Origin: the human T2T-CHM13v2.0 reference genome, Homo sapiens
Length of the DNA stretch: 64,000 nucleotides
Direction: 5' to 3' (one strand)
Assembly: GCF_009914755.1 (NCBI RefSeq)
Contig: NC_060948.1
How positions within the stretch are numbered: position 1 is the stretch's first letter; each line of letters begins with the position of its first letter. Below, in pieces: positions 33,590 to 47,732 of the stretch. The translations under genes and the position numbers were made by a program. The notes under the pieces are model-generated. The model saw only the letters and a list, made by a program, of their open reading frames with translations, was not told the origin of the DNA and did no database searches.

Positions 33590-35733
33590 TTTTTATTTTG
33601 GTTTAAGGAGTACATGTGCCAGTTTGTTATACGGGTAAATTGCATGCCATGCTGGTTTGGTGTACAGATAATTTTGTAACACAGGTAATCAGCATACTAC
33701 CCAGTAGAGAGTTTTTCAATTCTCACTATCCTCCTACCTTTCAACTTCAAATAAGCTCCAGTGTCTATTGCTTCTTTCTTTGTGTCCATGGGTACCAATG
33801 TTTAGCTCCCACCTATAAGTAAGAACATGTAGTCTTTGGTTTTCTGTTCCTGCATTAATTGACTTATGATTATGGCCTCCAGCTCCATTCATGTTGTGGC
33901 AAAGAATATGATCTAATTTTTAAAAATCTTTGTAGTATTCCGTGATGTACATTACATGCACCACATTTTCTTTATCCCATTCACTGTAGGTGGCCATCTA
34001 GGTTAATTCCATGTCTTTGCTATTGTGAATAGTGCAGCGATGAACTTACTCATGCGTGTGTCTTTATGGTAGAATAATATATATTCCTTTGAGTATATAC
34101 CCATTAATTGAATTGCTAGGTCAAATGTTAGTTTTGTTTTAACTTCTTTGAGAAATCTCCAAAGTGTTTTCCACATTGGCTAAAGAAAAATTAAATTCCC
34201 ACTAACTGTGTAGAAGCCTTCCCTTTTCTCCACAACCTCTCCAGCATCTGTTATTTATTTATTTTTGACTTTTTAATGATAGCCATTCTGACTGGTGTTA
34301 TTCTGATAGCCATTCTGATGGTATCTCTTTGTGGCATTGATTTGCATTTCCCTAATGATTTGTGATATTGAACATTTTTCCATATGCTTGATAGCCACGT
34401 GTGTATCTTCTTTTGAAAATTGTCTGTTCATGTCTTTGCCCATTTTTACATGGGATTATTTTTGCTTGTTGACTTGAGTTCCTTCTAGATTCTGGATATT
34501 AGACCTCTGCTGGATGCACAGTTTCCAAATATTTTCACCCATATTGTAGGTTGTCTGTTTACTCTGATAGTTTCTTTTGTTTTGCAGAAGCTCTTTAGAT
34601 CGATTAGGTCCGATTTGTCAATTTTTTGTTTTTGTTGAAATTACCTTTGGAGGCTGCATCATGATTTCTGAACAAGGGCCAATGTCTAAGAATGGCATTT
34701 CATAGGTCTTCCTCTATAGTTTTTATAGCTTTAGGTTTTACATTTAACTCTTCAAGCTATCTTGAGTTGATTTTTGTGTAGAGTATAAGGAAGGAGTCCC
34801 ATTTCAACATTCTGCATATGGCAAGCCAGCTATCCCAGCACCATTCATTGAATGGGGATTATTTCCCAATTGCTTGTTTTTGTCAGTTTTGTCGAAGATC
34901 AGATGTTTTTAGGTGTGTGGCTTTATTTGTGGCCTTTCATCCTTTCCTATTGATCTATGTGCCCATCTCTGTACCAGTACCATGCTATTTTAGTTATTTT
35001 ACCCTGGCACTATAGTGTGAAGTTGGATGTTATGATGCTTCCAGCTTTTTTCTTTTTGCTTAGGATTGCTTTGGATGTTTGTTATATTTTTGTTCCACGT
35101 GAATTTTAAAAAAGATTTTTCTGATTATGTGAAGAATGGCATTAATAATTTGATAGGAGTAGCACTGAATCTGTAAATTGCTCGGGTCATTCTTGTGGCC
35201 ATTTTAAAAATATCGATTCTTCCTATCCCTGAGCTTGGAGTGTTTTTCCATTTGTTTGTGTCATCTTTGATTTCTTTGAGCAGCATTTTGTAATTCTTGT
35301 TGAAAAGATCTTTAACTTCTCAGGTTAGTTGTTTTCCTAGGTATTTTTGTGTATATGTATGTGATTATTGGGAATGGGATTGTATTTTTGATTTGGCTCT
35401 CAGCTTGGACAGTATTGATGGATAGAAATACTACTGATGTTTGTACACTGATGTTGATTCTTGAAACATTGCTGAAGTCATTCATCAGATCTAGAAGCCT
35501 TTGTACAGGGACTAGAGGATTTTCTGGGTATAGAATTATAATGTCTTTGAAGAGAGTTTGACTCCCTGTCTTTTTATTTGACTGTCTTTTGTTTCTTTGT
35601 CTTACCTGATTGCTCTGGATAGGACTTCCAGTAGTATGCTGAATAGGTGTGGTGAGAGTGGGCATCGTTGTCTTGTTCCAGTTTTCAAGGGAAATTCTTC
35701 CAGCTTTTGGTTATTAAGTATGATGTCAGCTGT
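33590..35733 (-). mobile_element. L1PA16-like 3' ~2.1 kb
   Basis: gtacatgtgccagtttgttatacgggtaaattgc 3' end; antisense ORF2 ([13 protein letters not shown]). Confidence 0.93.
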
Positions 35734-35768
35734 GCAGAAGCTATTTAGTTTAATTAGGTCCCATTTGT

Positions 35769-35956
35769 CAGAGACAGGAAAAAAAAAACTTAGTACCCCA
35801 AATTGCCACAATATATGACCTATAACGTTCAGTTATCAAAAAACTACAAGATATGCAAATAAATAGGAATGTGTGAATGATACACAGAAAAAAGGAAACA
35901 ATGGGAAAAGTATGTAAAAATGAGGAGCTATCAGATATAACAGAAAAAGACTTAAA
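35769..35956 (-). repeat. Inverted ~99% copy of 39156-39344
   Basis: Reverse-complement match with one substitution and one homopolymer indel. Confidence 0.97.
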
Positions 35957-36660
35957 CAGCTTCTGCACAGCTTCTCTGTTTCTGTTGTTGCTTACTTTGT
36001 TGCAATTGCTTTTGGCATCATTGTCATAAAATCTTTGTCAAGGCTTATGTCTAGAATGGATTTTCCTGGGTTTTCTTCAAAGGTTTTTATAATTTTAGGT
36101 TTTACATTTATGTCTTTAATAATCTTGAGTTGATTTTTGTATATGGTGTAAGAAAGTGGTTCACTTTCAATCATCTGCATATGACTAGCCAGCTATCCCA
36201 GCTCCATTTATTAAATAGGGAGGCCTTTTCCCACTGCCTTTTTTTGTTGACATTTTCAAAGAACAGATGGTTGTAGGCGTGTGGCTTTATTTCTGGGCTC
36301 TCTATTCTGTTCCATTGATCTATGTGTCTGTTTTTGTACCACTTCCACGCTATTTTGGTTACTGTAGCCTTGTAGTATAGTTTGAAGTTCAGTAATGTAA
36401 TGCTTCCAGGTTTAATGTTTTTTGTTTGTTTGTTTGTTTTGTTCTTCTTAGAATGTCTTTGGCTATTCCGGCTCTGTTTTGGTTCCATATATATATATAT
36501 ATATATTTTATAATTGTGTGAAGAATGTCATTGGTACTCTGATAGAAATGGCATTGAATCTGTAAATTGCTTTGGGCAGTATGGCCATTTTTATGATATT
36601 GATTCATCCTATCCATGAGCATGGAATATTTTTCCATCTGTTTTTTGCCATTTCTGATTT

Positions 36661-37029
<369 letters not shown>

Positions 37030-37217
37030 CTGATTTTTTGAGCACTGTTTGGTAGTTCTCCTTGAAGAGGTCTTTCACGTCCCTGGTTAGCTTTATTCCT
37101 AGGTACTAATATTTTATTCTTTTTACGGCTATTTTGTAAAGAATTGTGTTCTTGATTTGACACTCAGCTTGGATGTGGCTGGTGTATAAAATGGTACTTA
37201 TTTTTGCAGATTGATTT

Positions 37218-37864
37218 TTAGGCAGGAGAATAGGGCTTGGAGGCAGGTAACCTAAGGCCAATTCGTGCTGAGTCACAGAAAAACATCAAGCTCTGTGGGC
37301 AAGGAATCTAAGGGCAATTCACTCTGACTTTTCAAAGCTGGATCAAAAGGAAAACACCTGGGTCTGGGGGCAGGGAACCTAAGGCCAATTAACACAAAAT
37401 TCCTAAAGCTAAACCAAAAGGAAAAACCCCATCTCCCACAGGGAGTAACAAAGGAACAAGGCTACTCTCCCAACAACCCTCCCTCCCCCTTCCACCGTCT
37501 CAGTTGGAAAGGGAGAGTACCTTGGATTAGCCACAGGCCAAGCAGGGACCATCCCTTTATCTGCATTGGGCACCAATTCACAGCAGCCTTTAACCACAGA
37601 CCAAATCCTTCATCCAGATAAGGGGTAGTCCAAGAACCTCAAACAGAGTTCTTAAAGCCCAGAAACTTTTGTAACTGGGCCATGGGGCCGCTTGCTGGGA
37701 CCCACTCTCTCCCTGCAGAGTGCTTTCTCGCTTTAATAAATTCCTGCTTTCACTGCTTCGTTCTTGCATTTCATTTCTCTGCTACTTTGTGCGTTTTGTT
37801 CAATTCTTTGTTTAAAACGCCAAGGACCTAGAGAGTGTGTAGTCAAGACCCACTACCGGTAATA
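37218..37864 (+). mobile_element. ERV1 solo LTR, MER51-like
   Basis: aggcaggagaatagggc..ggaggcagg.aacctaaggccaatt start; AATAAA; ends ccggtaata; 4-bp TSD ATTT. Confidence 0.88.
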
Positions 37865-39120
37865 ATTTTGTATCATGAAACTTTTCTGAAGCTGGTTACC
37901 AGATCTAAGAACTTTGGGGCAGAGACTATGAGGTCTTCTAGGTATAAAATCGTATCAACTACAAAGAGAGATGGTTTGAATTCCTCTCTTCCTATTTGGT
38001 TGCCTTTCATTTCTTTGCTTGATTGCTCTGGCTAGGACATTCAGTACGATGTTCACTAGAATTGTGGAGAGTGGGCACCCTTGTCTTGTTCCATTTCCCT
38101 AGGGAAATGTTTCCAGTTTTTGCCTGTTTCCTAAGATGTTGGCCATGTGTTTGTCATAGATGGCTCTTATCATTTTGAAGTATGTTTCTTCAATGCCTAA
38201 TTTGGTGAGAGTTTTAAACATGAAAGAATGCTGATTTTTGCTGAAAGCCTTTTCTGCATCTATTGAGATGATCGTTTTTTAAAAGTTCTTTTTATGTAAT
38301 AGACCACATTTATTGATTTGCATGTGTGGAACCAACCTTGCCTCCCAAAGATAAAGTCGACTTGATCATGGTGGATTAGCTTTTTGATGTGCTGCTGGAT
38401 TCATTTTGCCAGTTTTTTTTCTTTCTTTCTTTCTTTTTTTTTTTTTTTGAGCATTTTGGCAGTGTTTGTTGTTGTTGCTGTTGTCATTGTGTCTCTGCCA
38501 GGTTTGTTATCAGAATAATGCTGGCCGCATAGAAGAGTTAGGCAGGAATCCCTCCTCTTAAGTTTTTGGAACAGCTTCAGTTAGAATGGTACCAGCTCTT
38601 CTTTATACATCTTGTAGAATTCAGCTTTTAATTAATCTGGTTTTGGGCTTTTTCTGGTTGGTAGGCTTTTTATTACTGATTCAATTTTGGAACTCATTAT
38701 TGGTCTGTTCAGCATTTGAATTTCTTCCTAGTTCAATTTTGAGAGGTTGTATGCTTCTCAGAATTTATTCATTTTTTCTAGGTTTTCTAGTTTGTGTTCA
38801 TAGAGGTGTTTGTAATAGTCACTGATGATTTTTGTATTTCTGTGAATGTTGTGATAATGTCCTCTGTCATTTTTGGTTGTATTTACTTGGATCTTGTCTT
38901 TTTTTTTCTTTTCTTTATTATTCTAGCTAGCAGTCCATCAATCTTATTTATTCTTTCAAAAAACAAACCTAGTTTTATAAAAATTTTCTGTATTTTTTGT
39001 GTCAATTGTATTCAGGTCTAATTTTGCTTATTTCTTTTGTTTTCTGCTTGCTTCTGAGTTGGTTTATGCTTACTTTTCTAGTTCTTCTACATTTGATGTT
39101 CAATTGTTAATAGAGATCTT

Positions 39121-40500
39121 CATGATAGTTATTTGAACATATTTATCATGGCTCCTTTAAGTCTTTTTCTGTTATATCTGATAGCTCCTCATTTTTACAT
39201 ACTTTTCCCATTGTTTCCTTTTTTCTGTGTATCATTCACATATTCCTATTTATTTGCATATCTTGTAGTTTTTTGATAACTGAACGTTATAGGTCATATA
39301 TTGTGGCAATTTGGGGTACTAAGTTTTTTTTTTTCCTGTCTCTGTTTCTGTTGTTGCTTACTTTGTTATTATTATGATTTTTAACCTGGCTAGGCCATTT
39401 TAGTGAAATTGATCACTACAGCAGTTTGAAGCCTTTTGTGTTCCTCCTTTGAAGTCACCTACATGGCTGTGTATAATCACCCTGAGATTGTAGTGGCTTT
39501 GTCAGAGATCTCTTTGATTATCTCTTTTCATATTTTTTCTGTAAAACTCTCTGCGTCATTTGGTATTATTTCCCTCCAGTTCAGCTTCATTATCAGCTGA
39601 TTTCTCTATTGTATTCAGCAATACCCTGAGTGAACTATTGCTCAGCAATTTGATCCAGTTAAGTTGGGTCAGGAATAGTATTTAAGGCCAGTCTTTAAAC
39701 TTTGTCATGACTTTAGGGTCGCTATTCTTAGCTACATTTTTTCATACATTCTGGTAAAGTATCTGGCCTATGTTTCAGATTGCTGATCTTGATTGAGAAG
39801 AGCCATTGCTACTGAGAGTGTCCTTAATTTAAAACTCCTACATGTTCTATAAAGTCATATTTTGTAAGGGGAGCTTCATAGCTCTCTTTCCTTATACTCT
39901 TCCCTTCTCTCTGGCTAACTATATGACTAACTACTCTGGGCACTAGGCAGGCCACTAGACTGTGTTCTCTTATGCTTGCCTCTCCTAACATGGAAACTGC
40001 CCAATAAATGAGCTAGGGCAAGAGCATTTGGGGGTCCCAGAATTCTCAGCTTACCACATTGGGGTTAGAGCTTCTATCCTCTATGTAGAGACTGGGTGTA
40101 GGTAAAAGGTCCCACTTCTTGGTCACACTCACTATTAATTTGGCCTCTTTAACTAGGAGTTGGAGGAGATAAAACATGTTGATGACCTACCCCTCTAGGT
40201 GAGAGATAGAGTAAACCTTAATTTGGATTTCAGAGTAGAGAGTCTATCTTCTTGGCTATATCCACCTGATATAAAATTTCTGTCAAGATGAGCCCAGGAT
40301 AGGTGAAGGAGAAGGTCTCAGATACCATGGGGTCTCTGTGCTCTTATTAAGTTTTAGTAGATTTTTAAAATAACTTAGTTTTGTTAATTAGGACGATTTC
40401 TAGGGACATTAAGTGGTTGTGATTTTAAATGTTTTTATGCTAGTTAGGCATTTTTCACAAGGGAGTGTCTCTGTGAAACACTACATGTCATCATTCTTAA
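39121..40500 (-). mobile_element. Old L1M 5' region (ORF1 start/5'UTR-like)
   Basis: tttgaacatatttatcatggctcctttaagtctttt motif; degenerate beyond it. Confidence 0.55.
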
Positions 40501-40559
40501 AGAAAAGCACTCTAGTTGGTTTGTTAAAATGAGCATGTATGCAAGGAAAAAAAATTATC

Positions 40560-42060
40560 AGACAATAAACATTATACATAGTTTTAATTGCATTGATGGG
40601 AGTGGGAGTTTTGCATTTTCACATCTTACATAATGGATGAACAGAGAACTTTAGTTCTTAGTAAGAAAACAAAAACATTGAACCATGGATAGAACAGTGG
40701 GGAGCTCTCTTTTGAACAACTTGTAGGTTGATGAGTAAATCAACACTAGCACTTATGTCTATCCAGAAAATAATCAGGAGATTATCACAGCTCATGAGAT
40801 AAGCACAGTAGATACGTTATAGCTTTTAAACAAATTTCTTTCTAAACACAATAAAAGGAGAAATTTAATTGTTTTGCTTAAGATAAAAACCTAAGTAGGC
40901 TGGGCGCGGTGGCTCACGCCTGTAATCCCAGCACTTTGGGAGGCTGAGGTGGGTGGATAAGGAGGTCAGGAGGTCGAGATCATCCTGGCCAACATGGTGA
41001 AACCCCATGGCTACTAAAAATACAAAAATTAGCCAGTGTAGTGGCGTGCACCCGTAGTCCCAGTTACTCAGGAGGGTGAGGCAGGAGAATCGCTTGAACC
41101 CAGGAGGTGGAGGTTACAGTGAGCTGAGACAGCACCGTTGCAGCTTGGGCGACAGAGCAAGACTCGGTCTTCAAAAAAAAAAAAAAAAAGAAAGATAAAA
41201 GAAAGAAAAAAAAACCCTAAGTAAAAGTGAAGAAATATGCATATTATATTGAAGTATTAGAAAAAGTGAACTAATAGACAATAGATTATTCTAAGTGAGA
41301 TCAATTGCAAAATAAAATTTATGAAGAGAAAAGCCCACAATTACAATGAAAAACAGAGTAACAGAAAAACACTCAACAAAGCAAATAAAAGTAAAATTAT
41401 TCTTTGAACTGACTTTATACAAATTTGAGTAAAATGATTAATTTGTAAGAAAATTATAATTACCAATAAATTGACTCAAGAAGCAATAGAAAAGCTACTC
41501 AGATGAGTATTATATACAATATTGAGTACATTTTCAAAGGGTTATACTATGAATTTTTTCTGGCCCAGAAAATTTTGCAGGCAGTTTTTGCAGTATGTTT
41601 AAGAACAGATAATTTTGTTGCTATTTAGCTATTCCTAAGTATAGAGAACAAAGAAAAAAATTATGCTTTTTTTTCAAGATTCAAGAATAAGTGAAATATG
41701 CTTAGCACACTGGTAGTGTGCTACTTTGTTTATTTTCATTATTACTAAATCATCATAACATTGTAACCAATGTCTGACAAAGACAGATCTAGGAGAAAAT
41801 AAGAATACCAATTCACCTCACTGATAGACACTGACACACACATTTTTGATAATATGTAACTGCACTGCCTCCTGTAATACATGCATAAAAATTACATCAT
41901 GATCAATTAAGATTAACCTGGGAATGCAGAGATCATACAGTCATAGTTTTATCTATTTTAGCTAATTCACCATTTTGATAAAAATGAAAAATGATCTTAA
42001 TGATAAAAGTAAATTTGATATAATTAACAACTAATTTTCTAATCACAACATTTAAGTAAA
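40560..42060 (+). mobile_element. Old L1ME ORF2 fragments
   Basis: aaattgactcaagaagcaatagaaa, catcatgatcaa..gggaatgca motifs. Confidence 0.6.
40898..41212 (+). mobile_element. AluSc-like
   Basis: gagatcatcctggccaacatgg; poly(A) tail; TSD ending cctaagta. Confidence 0.95.
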
Positions 42061-42149
42061 TCAGCCCCCCAAATTAATCTCTCTGTGCAAATATCAAAGA
42101 CTAACTAAACTTACAAAATTTGCATTTGATTATATTTAGAGGGTATTAT

Positions 42150-42650
42150 CCAACAAACTAATGTACTTACTGCTTGGAAAAAGCAAGTCTCTGTGATTCT
42201 GGAATACCTGTCAGTCAGCTCTGAGATTACTTTCTTATGTTAAGAAATACTTGTCTATCAACTGTGAGATTACTTTCCTTTGCTTCTTAATCCTATGTAT
42301 TTTATTTTGGCATTTAAAATTAGTATTCTGTGAAGGGATCCATTTTTTTTTTACTGACAAAGAGGTGCACAGAACAAAAAAAAATGAGTAAATATAGCTC
42401 CTGTTTGGCAGCCTCCTTTGTATGGCTTTAGCTCTAACCATTGTTAGAGCTAATGGTCTCAATATCACCATTTCTTCCTTTTTGTCCCTTGAGAGCTAAT
42501 GGTTACAAGGACTTCTTTCTGTTGCTAGTTACCAGATGCCTCAATCTGCCTCATTGGTTCTCTTAATCTTGCCATAATTTGCGGAATAGTCCTTTCCTTA
42601 AATATTCTTCAATTCCAGGCTTAGCAGGTCTTCTGTTTCCTTTGAAGATA
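42150..42650 (+). mobile_element. LTR33-like ERVL LTR fragment
   Basis: ttgctagttaccagatgcctcaatc...aatagtcctttccttaaa. Confidence 0.45.
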
Positions 42651-43949
42651 AGTAGCAAATATATTATCCTGCCTTTATGGACAGAATTTTTGCATAGGCA
42701 GAATAGGCAAGGGAGTTAGCTTTATAAAGTTTGATGAGAATTGTGTCAATACAGAGCTCCTTTGCTAAATATATATGACTTGCATAATGAAATACTAAAA
42801 TCCTCTACTAACTTCTTTTAGATATCATACTCTACAGATGTCCCTCATTTTAAAATTCAGATGTTCTCTGGAGGTCTAACATATTCAGTTCCTTAAAAAG
42901 AAATATTATTTTTCTTTATTAACCAGACGTGCTGCTCCTTTGCCTGTGAAGTCCTGAGTACTGAAAGAGGTTCAAGTAATACGGAAAAATGATGTTATTT
43001 TAAAAGGCAAACTTCCTCTTCTGTCTACTTTTCCATTTTGTCATGGGCCATCTATGACATCACTTATAAAGGAAATACAAGAAGTAATATTTCTGCACTT
43101 TGAGTTTTAGTGAGTAAATAAAAAATTGTACACATTCAAATCCTATACAGTACAAGCATTTATTAGTGTTATACTCCTATATTCTTGTTTCTGCTTGTGC
43201 CTGGGTGCAGAAGAAATTGCAAAACATTGGGAGTGATGTCTTATTTATGTACTATCCTCTGGAGCATCATCAATGTCTGCTAGAATGACTTATCACAACT
43301 GGTCTGTGGTGCCACCCTCTGTCCCTACCTTAACTACTTTGTTGCAACTGAGCTTGTCCTAAATTTTGGACATATGCTAACTTTGACTGCTGACATTTCT
43401 GGAATGTGCAGTGGCCTGTATTCATAAGAATCACAGACTTTGAACCTTCCTTGTCATAAGCCCGGGCCTATTTTGGCCATCAGTTCTCTCAACACTCTTA
43501 CACCTTCCCATTAGGTAGGGCATGCAGAAATTTCTGGTTCTACTCCATGGCCCATTGGGACAATGTGAAACAGAGAAATAAATCATCTTAGATACTCTAT
43601 TTACCAGAACATAAAATATATTCAACTGTACTCCATTGAACTATCTCATGTTGGCATGTAACATACTGTAATGATGTCTTCCTCCAGAGTTCCAAATAAT
43701 AAGTGATACAGAAACACATTTTGTTTGTTTGTTTTCCTCACTTACACTCTCAATCTTATAATTCTATCTATCCATATGCCCAGTGCCCAGGGGGCCTAAT
43801 ACTGCCTCCTTTAAATATTTCCGTCATCATCTCATGTCCATGTAGTATTCTTTTTGCCTCCCTTCATTGTGGACACTGCCCTTGAATGATACCTTGTGTT
43901 TTCAAATATATAAGAGAGAAGGGAGAGTACAGTAGGAGCTGAAAATAGA

Positions 43950-45095
43950 GAGTTCTGAAGTAATACCTTTTAACTTGCTATTAGGACTCTTAACTTTACT
44001 TTGTGTGGAATAAAAAGCATTGGAAAGTTTTGAGCAGTGGAGAGGTATGACAAAACATTTTAGAAGAATCAGTATGGCTGCCACACTGAGAATAGATCAT
44101 AGCGTGGTGGTGGCCAAAACAGAGACTAATTAGAGGCTATTGCCATAACACAGGTGACAGATACTGGCTTGGAGCAAAGCTGTAGCAGTTGAAGGGGTGA
44201 AAAGTGTCGAGTTTTAGATGATTTTTTTTTCGTGGAAGAGATGACAGTGTTTTCTTGTGGGCTGGAAGTAGGGCTTAAGAGAAAGGCTTTAAGAATAATT
44301 AAAAAGAGACTGCTGACTGCTTGCCATTTTCTTTCTTAATAACAAATTATCCTTATTATTGGAGGTGGGAATATTTTCAAGTTATAAAAGAAGGAAGAGA
44401 AGGAGGAGGGGAAGAAGGAAGAGGAGAAAGAGAATTCATTTCTCAGCTTCTCTTTCAAATGAAAGTAGCCAAGAAAATGCAATGATAAAATTGCCTGGTG
44501 GAGCTTTTGGGAATGCACTTTAAAATGAGTTGCTTAGCTAGAATGTTTACTTTATTGTACTCATCTTTTCTTTTTAAAAATTTTTTTGTTTTTAAAATTT
44601 TGTGTAGGTACATAGTAGAGGTCCATCTTCATGGTGTACATGAGATACTCTGATACAGGCATGCAACGTGAAATATGCACATTATATAGCATGTACTCAT
44701 CTTTTGTTCCTTTCTGCTATCTGGAATATGGACTAAAATACCAAGATGTTTGCAAATGATGCATTTTAAGCCCTAAACTGGTAACAGTGGTTGTCTATAT
44801 CTAAAATATTTGTCAAATAGGAAAAAATCATTCTTGTGTTTAAACCACTGTAATCAGGTCTCCATTACTTGTATTTTAGCTTAAATTCTAAGTAAAACAA
44901 ATGAATTCAAGATTTTTGTTCTTAGCAGATCTAATGATGGCACTGCCATTTACTGAGAAGGAGAAAGCAGTTGGGAGGAGCAGATTTTGAGGGAAAACCA
45001 GGAGCTCAGTTTTGCATGCGTTAAGTTTTTGATGCCCATTAGATATCTATGTACAAATTTTTAGTAGGTATCTGGCCATATGAGTCTGGATATCA
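43950..45095 (-). mobile_element. L2 interrupted by an MLT1-like LTR (~44310-44900)
   Basis: ttggaaagttttgagcag, ggagctcagttttgcatgcgttaagttt; LTR end tttaaaccactgtaatcaggtctc. Confidence 0.7.
44570..44691 (-). mobile_element. Severely 5'-truncated L1MA 3' end (~120 bp)
   Basis: gtacatagtag...gatacaggcatgcaa; 14-bp TSD tgtactcatctttt. Confidence 0.92.
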
Positions 45096-47239
45096 TGGAG
45101 TCTTAGAAATAATTATGTGAAATGCCTGATACCTGTGAGTGATGTCTAAAGCCAGTACAAACTTTATAATTTCCCAAATGCTATTGATATATTTAAAACA
45201 GTTTATTTCAAATCGTCTTTATTTTTTGTATAATCAGAAAAATATTAGTTCATAATTAATGTATAAAAATGGGTAAATATCCTTTCTGCTTTGTTTTCTT
45301 TTACCACAATGGCATCACAATGAAGATTTACTAAATTAAATAAAGTTGATTTCAGCTAACATCTTCAAATCTTTGTAATATCCTGGATGCCAATGTATTT
45401 AAGTCAACTTGGACAAAACTATATTCAGTATAATAAATAAAATACTAATAAGATCACTAATTCTATTATGTAATTACAATTTATTTGTGACAATGTTCAT
45501 TAGTACCAAAATAGTTATATATGTAAACACACACACACACACACACATATATGTATATACATATTTGTTTTTGTATTTAAAAATACGTGAGCAATAAAGA
45601 ACAAAAATATTAATAGTTCTATCAAAACACTAAGAGAAAATATTTCTATATTCATGACCGTTGATTAACATGACTAGCTAATCCATACATGCTTGAGATT
45701 TAGGAATATATCAAAAAAACAAATAGTAATAAATATGAAAATTATTACCCATTGAAGCCATCCAACCTAAGCAGCAATCTTAGTACTGGCTGATCCTGCA
45801 TTGTTACAGAAGTATGGGTGATTATATTTCCAAAGATTCTTTTCCTATAAAAACCTTGTTCTGCACAAGCAGAATATCAAAATTTCTATTCACATTTTAC
45901 CACTATAGTTGTATTTTTTTTACTCACACTGTAGTTACTTAGAGGAAAATTAGTACCATAAACTTATACTTTTATTATCTTATGGCATTCTCCTCATTTT
46001 TGATCCTGCATTTATGAGCTTACATTCAGCCAGGAGCTTATTATTATCCATTTATAAGCAGCCAATAAAATAGTAAATTATACATTTGAAAGCCGGGCTT
46101 ACTGAGATTTTTAAAAGTTCACTGCATTTATTTTCTTTTCTGTAGTAGAAATGTGCTACAACCACTCAAGGTCTGCAAACAGATTCCTATTTAGATGTTG
46201 TTGAGAGGTAAGTACAACTAGTTCTCATTAATATTTCATGTCCTATGTGCCATACTTACACTGCCATTTTGTAGTCATTTGTCCTACAGCTAAAGATTAA
46301 TTTATAATCAGATACGTGAAATCTGATATGTGCATTAAGCTTGATTATACCTGACTGTGTCTTCACGAAGATAATTGTAAATGACATATTAATTAATTTG
46401 CAAGTGTGTTCGGTTTACATTACATATAGTATCACAGACAACATTACACATATGATAATTTGCCATTAGTCCTAAATATTAATAATATGATTTCTCAATG
46501 AGTCTGAAACATTTTCAAGATACTAGAAATTTGTGACAGATGCCTTTTACATCTGTGAGAATCCAGAATATTATTCTTTAAAATGCATTTTCTCATAAAT
46601 AGCTCATTAACTTTCTCATTGTTCTCAGTTGTAAATCTGTAAAAAGCAATTTTGTTCCCTTGTCTGTAATAAGAAATCTTTTGCACTCATTAAGATAATT
46701 AAAGCATTACTAGTGTGCATGCTCACTATATTCAAAACATTTTCTACTTGATATGAGTTGTCATGGCATTATCAAGACCGGAGGGGGCGGAAAGAAAAAA
46801 ATAAAATAGCGTCAGCCTATGGTTATGCTCTTTGAATTTGAATATGATTAAGTGCATCTTTAATTTGTTTCTGAGTCATAGTTTAAAATAAAAACTGGAG
46901 AGCATTTTGTAGGAGCAATACTGCCCTTTTGTTCAATTTCCTTCTTTTAATTCAACAGAACACTTAATAAAATCATACATTTTAGAAAGTTTTGGAAATT
47001 TTTTTGGTCTTTTTATTACAGTTAGGTAGGGGTTTTATTTCCTCATGTGTTTGCTTTATTTTGCTTGGGTAAAGAAATGTTTTCAAATTTAGTTTATGTC
47101 TTTACATTATACATGTAGTCCAGGATGTTAGCTGGTAACAAAATTATCAAAGCAAAATAGGTGTTTATGCTATGGGTTCCTTGATCTCCTACTCTTAGGC
47201 TTTTTGAGACACATTCACTTTTACCATTTTGATCTTTTA

Positions 47240-47732
47240 AATTTCTTTTTATTTTTAATTTTTGTGGGCACATAGTAGGGCATATATTTACGAGGCACAT
47301 GAGTGATTTTGATACTGGCATACAATGCATTATAATCACATCAGGTTAAATGGAGTATCCATCACCTCAAGCATTTATCATTTCTTTGTATTACAATCTA
47401 ATTCTACACTTCTAGTTATTTTTCAATGTATAATAAATTAGCATTGACTATAGTCACCCTGATGTGCTATGACATACTAGATCTTATTCATTCTATCCAA
47501 CTATTTTTTGCACCCATTAGCCATAGTCACTCTGCCCCAATCTTCCCACTACCCTTCCCAGTCTCTGGTACCCATCCTTCTACTCTTTATCTCTATGAGT
47601 TTAATGGTTTTAATTTTTAGCTCCCACAGATAAATGAGAACATGCAAAGTTTTTCTTGCTGACCTGGCTTATTCACTTAACCTAATGACCTCCAGTTCCA
47701 TCTATGTTGCAAATGACAGGATATCATTCTTC
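47240..47732 (-). mobile_element. L1MA 3' end
   Basis: tttttgtgggcacatagtagg...tttttagctcccacagataaatgagaacatg. Confidence 0.92.

Noticed and set aside
37230-37392. Three copies of ggcagggaacctaaggccaatt
   Set aside because: Appears to be intrinsic repeat structure of the MER51-like LTR U3
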